From Gemmobacter sp. (GTDB taxonomy: Bacteria; Pseudomonadota; Alphaproteobacteria; Rhodobacterales; Rhodobacteraceae): a DNA stretch of 55,510 nucleotides. The notes beneath the pieces are model-generated. The model did no database searches. It saw only the letters and a list, made by a program, of their open reading frames with translations, and was not told the origin of the DNA. Each line of letters opens with the position of its first letter. The stretch's first letter is position 1. Location: the NCBI GenBank assembly GCA_031260425.1, contig JAIRJX010000327.1, positions 1-55,510 on the forward strand. The letters are read 5' to 3'. Positions 51,994 through 55,510 of the stretch are shown here, piece by piece. The translations under genes and the position numbers were made by a program.

Positions 51994-53439
51994 TCAGCTG
52001 ATAATTTGCCGATACTGGTTCGGAGTGACACCGAAAAAACGCCTGAATGTCGTTATGAAGTGGGACTGATCGGAAAAGCCGCAGATGGCGGCAATCTGCG
52101 CATTTTCGAGTTTGGGATTCCCGAGCAGCCGGCGTGCCTCGCTGACCCGCCGCGCGGTAATGTAGCGCTGTGGTGTCACATCGGCTGTCGTCGCTTTGAA
52201 GCGCTGACAAAAATTCGTACGGCTCGTCCCCATAAGCGTGGCAAGATCCTCCAAGCTTATGCTGGATGATAAATGCTCGGAAACATAGTCGCGGATTATA
52301 CTGGCTTCATATGCGCTGAACGTATTCGCTGATACTGTCTTGGGACTGCCGACCTCAGAGTAGTGCGTCAGCAAATGAACCGCAAGCACCCGGGAAAGAT
52401 AGTCGATCTTCAGTCGGCCGTTGGCTGTCGGATCATAAAGCGCAGTCATGATCGCATGGATCGCCTCATAAAGAATGAGATCATCTGCCCCAAAAGTTTC
52501 GATGATGCGCAGCCTGTTCTTGTCACTCGGGAATATTTCCTCGGCGACCTCGTCAATAATACTCTGCCGTAAATATAAGTGATACGCTCTCACGGGGGCA
52601 TGAATCGTATCATGCGCCATTTCTGCTGAACCAAGGAGCGAGACCGTGTGTTTACCTGTGGTTCTATCCCAGCGACCCGTGGAGGTTATACGGCGAATAC
52701 TGCAGGGGCGGTCGCTTGCGGCAAGCCAGACGGCATCCACAGGAACGTGCGCCCGCTCGCAAGGCAATTCGTCGGTCTGAGCGGCGAATGTATCCTTCCA
52801 GCCTAGACCTTTACTGGATTTGAGCAAACGAACGTTATCGTCGATCCACAAGGAGGTCTGTTGAATACTGAATTCATCCAGCTCCCGAATGGATGGTTCC
52901 TCAGCGCTTTTGACCGCTACCGAGCCGGAGTTCTGCCGGCGCCACATCAGTGGTTTGGAATTCGTAAAATTCCGGAAAACAGATGTGAAATGAGATCCAC
53001 TGGAAAATCCCGTCTTTCGGGCAATCTGGGCGAGACTGAGGGTGCTGCTGGCAAGAAGCTCCTTGGCAGCGTTAATCCGAGCATTCATGATGAGCTTGCT
53101 CGGTGACATCCCTGTCGTTGCCATAATGCGTCGGGTGAACTGCGTGCGACTCACGCCGACGTACTGTGCAATATCATCGACTTTGATATTGTTGGACAGG
53201 TTGGCCTGAAGATATGTCTCGATCTGTTGCAGTGTTGCTTTGGAGAGTTTGACATCGTTTTGTTTGAACGATCTGGTTTTGGGAGCGACTGAGGGCTCTA
53301 CGTGAGTGGCTGACAGCTTGTTGAGATAGGCTTGTGCTGTCTTGCTGATACGTTTTCCCGAGCCTGTGCCAATGATCTGCGGCAATAGCAACAGGTTGTC
53401 TTGCGAGAACTTCCTTATTTTCTCCTCGTAGGACGTCAT
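51994..53439 (-). CDS. AraC-family regulator with two complete AraC DNA-binding domains
   Basis: N-terminal DDIAQYVGVSRTQF...LAQIARKTGFSSGSHFTSVFR and C-terminal LEDLATLMGTSRTNF...IAAICGFSDQSHFITTFRRFFGVTP, flanking a sensor-like region. Confidence 0.9.
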   Translation of the reverse strand: MTSYEEKIRKFSQDNLLLLPQIIGTGSGKRISKTAQAYLNKLSATHVEPSVAPKTRSFKQNDVKLSKATLQQIETYLQANLSNNIKVDDIAQYVGVSRTQFTRRIMATTGMSPSKLIMNARINAAKELLASSTLSLAQIARKTGFSSGSHFTSVFRNFTNSKPLMWRRQNSGSVAVKSAEEPSIRELDEFSIQQTSLWIDDNVRLLKSSKGLGWKDTFAAQTDELPCERAHVPVDAVWLAASDRPCSIRRITSTGRWDRTTGKHTVSLLGSAEMAHDTIHAPVRAYHLYLRQSIIDEVAEEIFPSDKNRLRIIETFGADDLILYEAIHAIMTALYDPTANGRLKIDYLSRVLAVHLLTHYSEVGSPKTVSANTFSAYEASIIRDYVSEHLSSSISLEDLATLMGTSRTNFCQRFKATTADVTPQRYITARRVSEARRLLGNPKLENAQIAAICGFSDQSHFITTFRRFFGVTPNQYRQIIS

Positions 53440-53641
53440 TTTGGATATACCCGAAGTTCTCCCGAAGCACTAGCATGCCCCATGCCCCAGTCGATCAGAG
53501 GGGTTTTGTCATATCCACCGAATATACCCACCCGAGCTCGATATATTGCCGAACAAACACGCCGGTGCTGTCAAGCGGTGGCGATGGTGTTGGTCTCGTG
53601 CAGATCAACCTGACGACTGAAGCCGTCATCGCAGTGATCGT

Positions 53642-53860
53642 TCATTGCACCGCCCCCTCGTCATCTCCATCATCGCTCAGATAGGACACGATCTTTGCCA
53701 TGCTGGTCATGAGGCGGCGTGTTTCATCCTCAACCGCAACTGTTGCAACAGCCAGGAGGATTTTTTCCATCTCGCGAAGTAAGTCTCTCTTGCCATCGCG
53801 ATAGCCGGATGAATAGAATCGCTGCTGATTGGCTTTTGCTGATTCCAATTCAATGATCAC
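53642..53860 (-). CDS. Hypothetical 72-aa protein
   Basis: GTG start preceded by GGAGGA; co-oriented with both neighbours; helical, charged composition. Confidence 0.55.
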   Translation of the reverse strand: MIIELESAKANQQRFYSSGYRDGKRDLLREMEKILLAVATVAVEDETRRLMTSMAKIVSYLSDDGDDEGAVQ

Positions 53861-54073
53861 GTCCGTTCCTCCCCGGCTTTAGGAAAAGCTCTTCGGCTCA
53901 ATCTTGCCACGACCCCCAAGCAGCAGGATTGATAACGGCTGCCGCCTCTGCGCGAGTGACATATGATCTTCAGGGGAAGAGACTGCGAAGGGAGGAAGTT
54001 TGTATTCTGCATGATTATCTTGCGTGTCGGATGGTTTGTCGCGGGGTATACTGTCGGTGAGCTTTGGGCGTCC

Positions 54074-55402
54074 TCAGATCAGCGGTCTTTGTTTGTTGAC
54101 GTGCCGCTCTGCCAGCTTTCTGCCGTCGCGTCCCGACAGCAGCGGACGGACGGAGGGGAAGGGGTTCTCCTTGCCGAAGTTGCACAACTCCGGGAAGATT
54201 GCCTGAATTTCGTCGATCGCCTCCGGGCCAAGTGCCTTTAGCGCTTCGGGCCCCGGGTAAAGCGACTCGGTCTCTGCACCGTTCGAATAGACGATCTCGT
54301 GATCTTCAAACAGGAGGTGCCAGTATTCAACCGTTTCCTGCTCACTGGTATCAATGCCGTCGATCGCAAGCAGTTGTTTTGCGGCCACCAGAACTTCGGA
54401 GGCGCAGAACATGTTTTGCGCAATCCTTGATTTTGCCAGCACTCTGTGCTGCGGCGATATGGTCAGATCTTGCGAAGGCGTATTTTCTCCAAGCGCACCT
54501 TTCCTGATGATGATCGGCCGCAGTTTCGGATTGGCTTTCAGCGCCGCTGCACTCAGGTGTCGCGAACCGATCCAACTGATCGGCTTTGCGCCATTGTCAC
54601 GGGTCATCACCAGGTCACCGGCGGACAGCACCTCAACCGGAACATCACCATGCGGCGTCCGGATCAATGTACCACGGGCGAAACACCAGACATTCACCTG
54701 TTCATATGTCAGCTTCTTGCCTGACAGGAACTGGGTGAGATAGTCCAGGCGAAAGGTCAGCGTCGGCCCGCTCATGTCGGTGCCGTTGAAGTTCAGCGTG
54801 ACGCTACCGGTACCCGTAGGACTGTAGCTCTGCCGGAGGTCATGGTCGAGCGCGTCCAGGGGAGACGTGAAGCTGGTGCCGTTCAAGAGGTTATAGGTCT
54901 TCAACGTTTTCATGTTGAAGATAGCGCTCAGGTCGACGCGGTCGTTGTCAGTATTGATGCCGCTGTCCCAGGTGTCGACACCACCGAGGGTCTGGGAATC
55001 CCTGCCGAAATCGGCGATAGTGTCGTTGCCAAGTCTATCCCAGACAAACAGGTCACTACCCCTGCCGCCGAACAGCAAATCGTTTCCGGCGCCACCTATA
55101 AGGGTATCGTCATCAAAGGGTTGGGAGAGGTCACTATTGGCGGCGTTATTGCCGTGTATGGTATCATCGCCGTCGCCGCCCATGAGCAGGTCGTTTCCGG
55201 CATCCCCCAGTATACTGTCATTACCGGTTCCGCCATCTACGACATCATTGCCGACCCCGGCCCGGATCGTATCGTTGCCACCGAGGCCGTTGATCGTATC
55301 ATTACCGTTATCGTTGCCAATGCTATCGGAGCCAAGGATCAGATCACCGGCCGCAGTGCCATTTATGCTATCACTTCCTACGGTGCCGTAAAGCGTCGCC
55401 AT
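54074..55402 (-). CDS. RTX-repeat protein with C-terminal Hint (B-type bacterial intein-like) domain
   Basis: GGxGND repeats; W-CFARGTLIRTPHG, GDLVMTRD, SPQHR, YWHLLFEDHEIVYSNGAETES; AAGGAGG ribosome-binding site. Confidence 0.92.
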   Translation of the reverse strand: MATLYGTVGSDSINGTAAGDLILGSDSIGNDNGNDTINGLGGNDTIRAGVGNDVVDGGTGNDSILGDAGNDLLMGGDGDDTIHGNNAANSDLSQPFDDDTLIGGAGNDLLFGGRGSDLFVWDRLGNDTIADFGRDSQTLGGVDTWDSGINTDNDRVDLSAIFNMKTLKTYNLLNGTSFTSPLDALDHDLRQSYSPTGTGSVTLNFNGTDMSGPTLTFRLDYLTQFLSGKKLTYEQVNVWCFARGTLIRTPHGDVPVEVLSAGDLVMTRDNGAKPISWIGSRHLSAAALKANPKLRPIIIRKGALGENTPSQDLTISPQHRVLAKSRIAQNMFCASEVLVAAKQLLAIDGIDTSEQETVEYWHLLFEDHEIVYSNGAETESLYPGPEALKALGPEAIDEIQAIFPELCNFGKENPFPSVRPLLSGRDGRKLAERHVNKQRPLI

Positions 55403-55510
55403 TACTCAGCCTCCTTGTGGCCAAAATTTCCAACCAGATGAAGGAAATGCCGCCCAGCATATTCTTGTGTTGATGATTTCAGATGTGTCCGGGTGATCTT
55501 TATTCCTGCA

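Overview
High-GC alphaproteobacterial chromosome segment; gene content and order point to Rhodobacteraceae. Most of it is conserved core: parC, pheS, rplT-rpmI, pyk, dat, mcl1, accA, plsC-ftsX-ftsE, amn, a betaine/proline-type ABC transporter, rnd-kdsD-lptCAB-hpf-ptsN, a galU/glycosyltransferase/sulfotransferase operon, ppx-VOC-GNAT-djlA-EEP, GT2-kdsB-cysQ, an ABC-2 permease, dnaK-dnaJ and modA. I saw no rRNA, tRNA, CRISPR array or intact transposase. Points worth follow-up: (1) an AT-richer terminal island encoding an AraC regulator with two DNA-binding domains, a 72-aa orphan and an RTX-Hint protein; (2) a glycan operon with three sulfotransferase-fold domains, one of them an apparently inactive copy fused to a GT14 enzyme; (3) a dispersed intergenic inverted-repeat element with at least 5 copies; (4) a collapsed type ISP restriction-helicase pseudogene. 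All calls come from reading motifs by eye; no searches were run.
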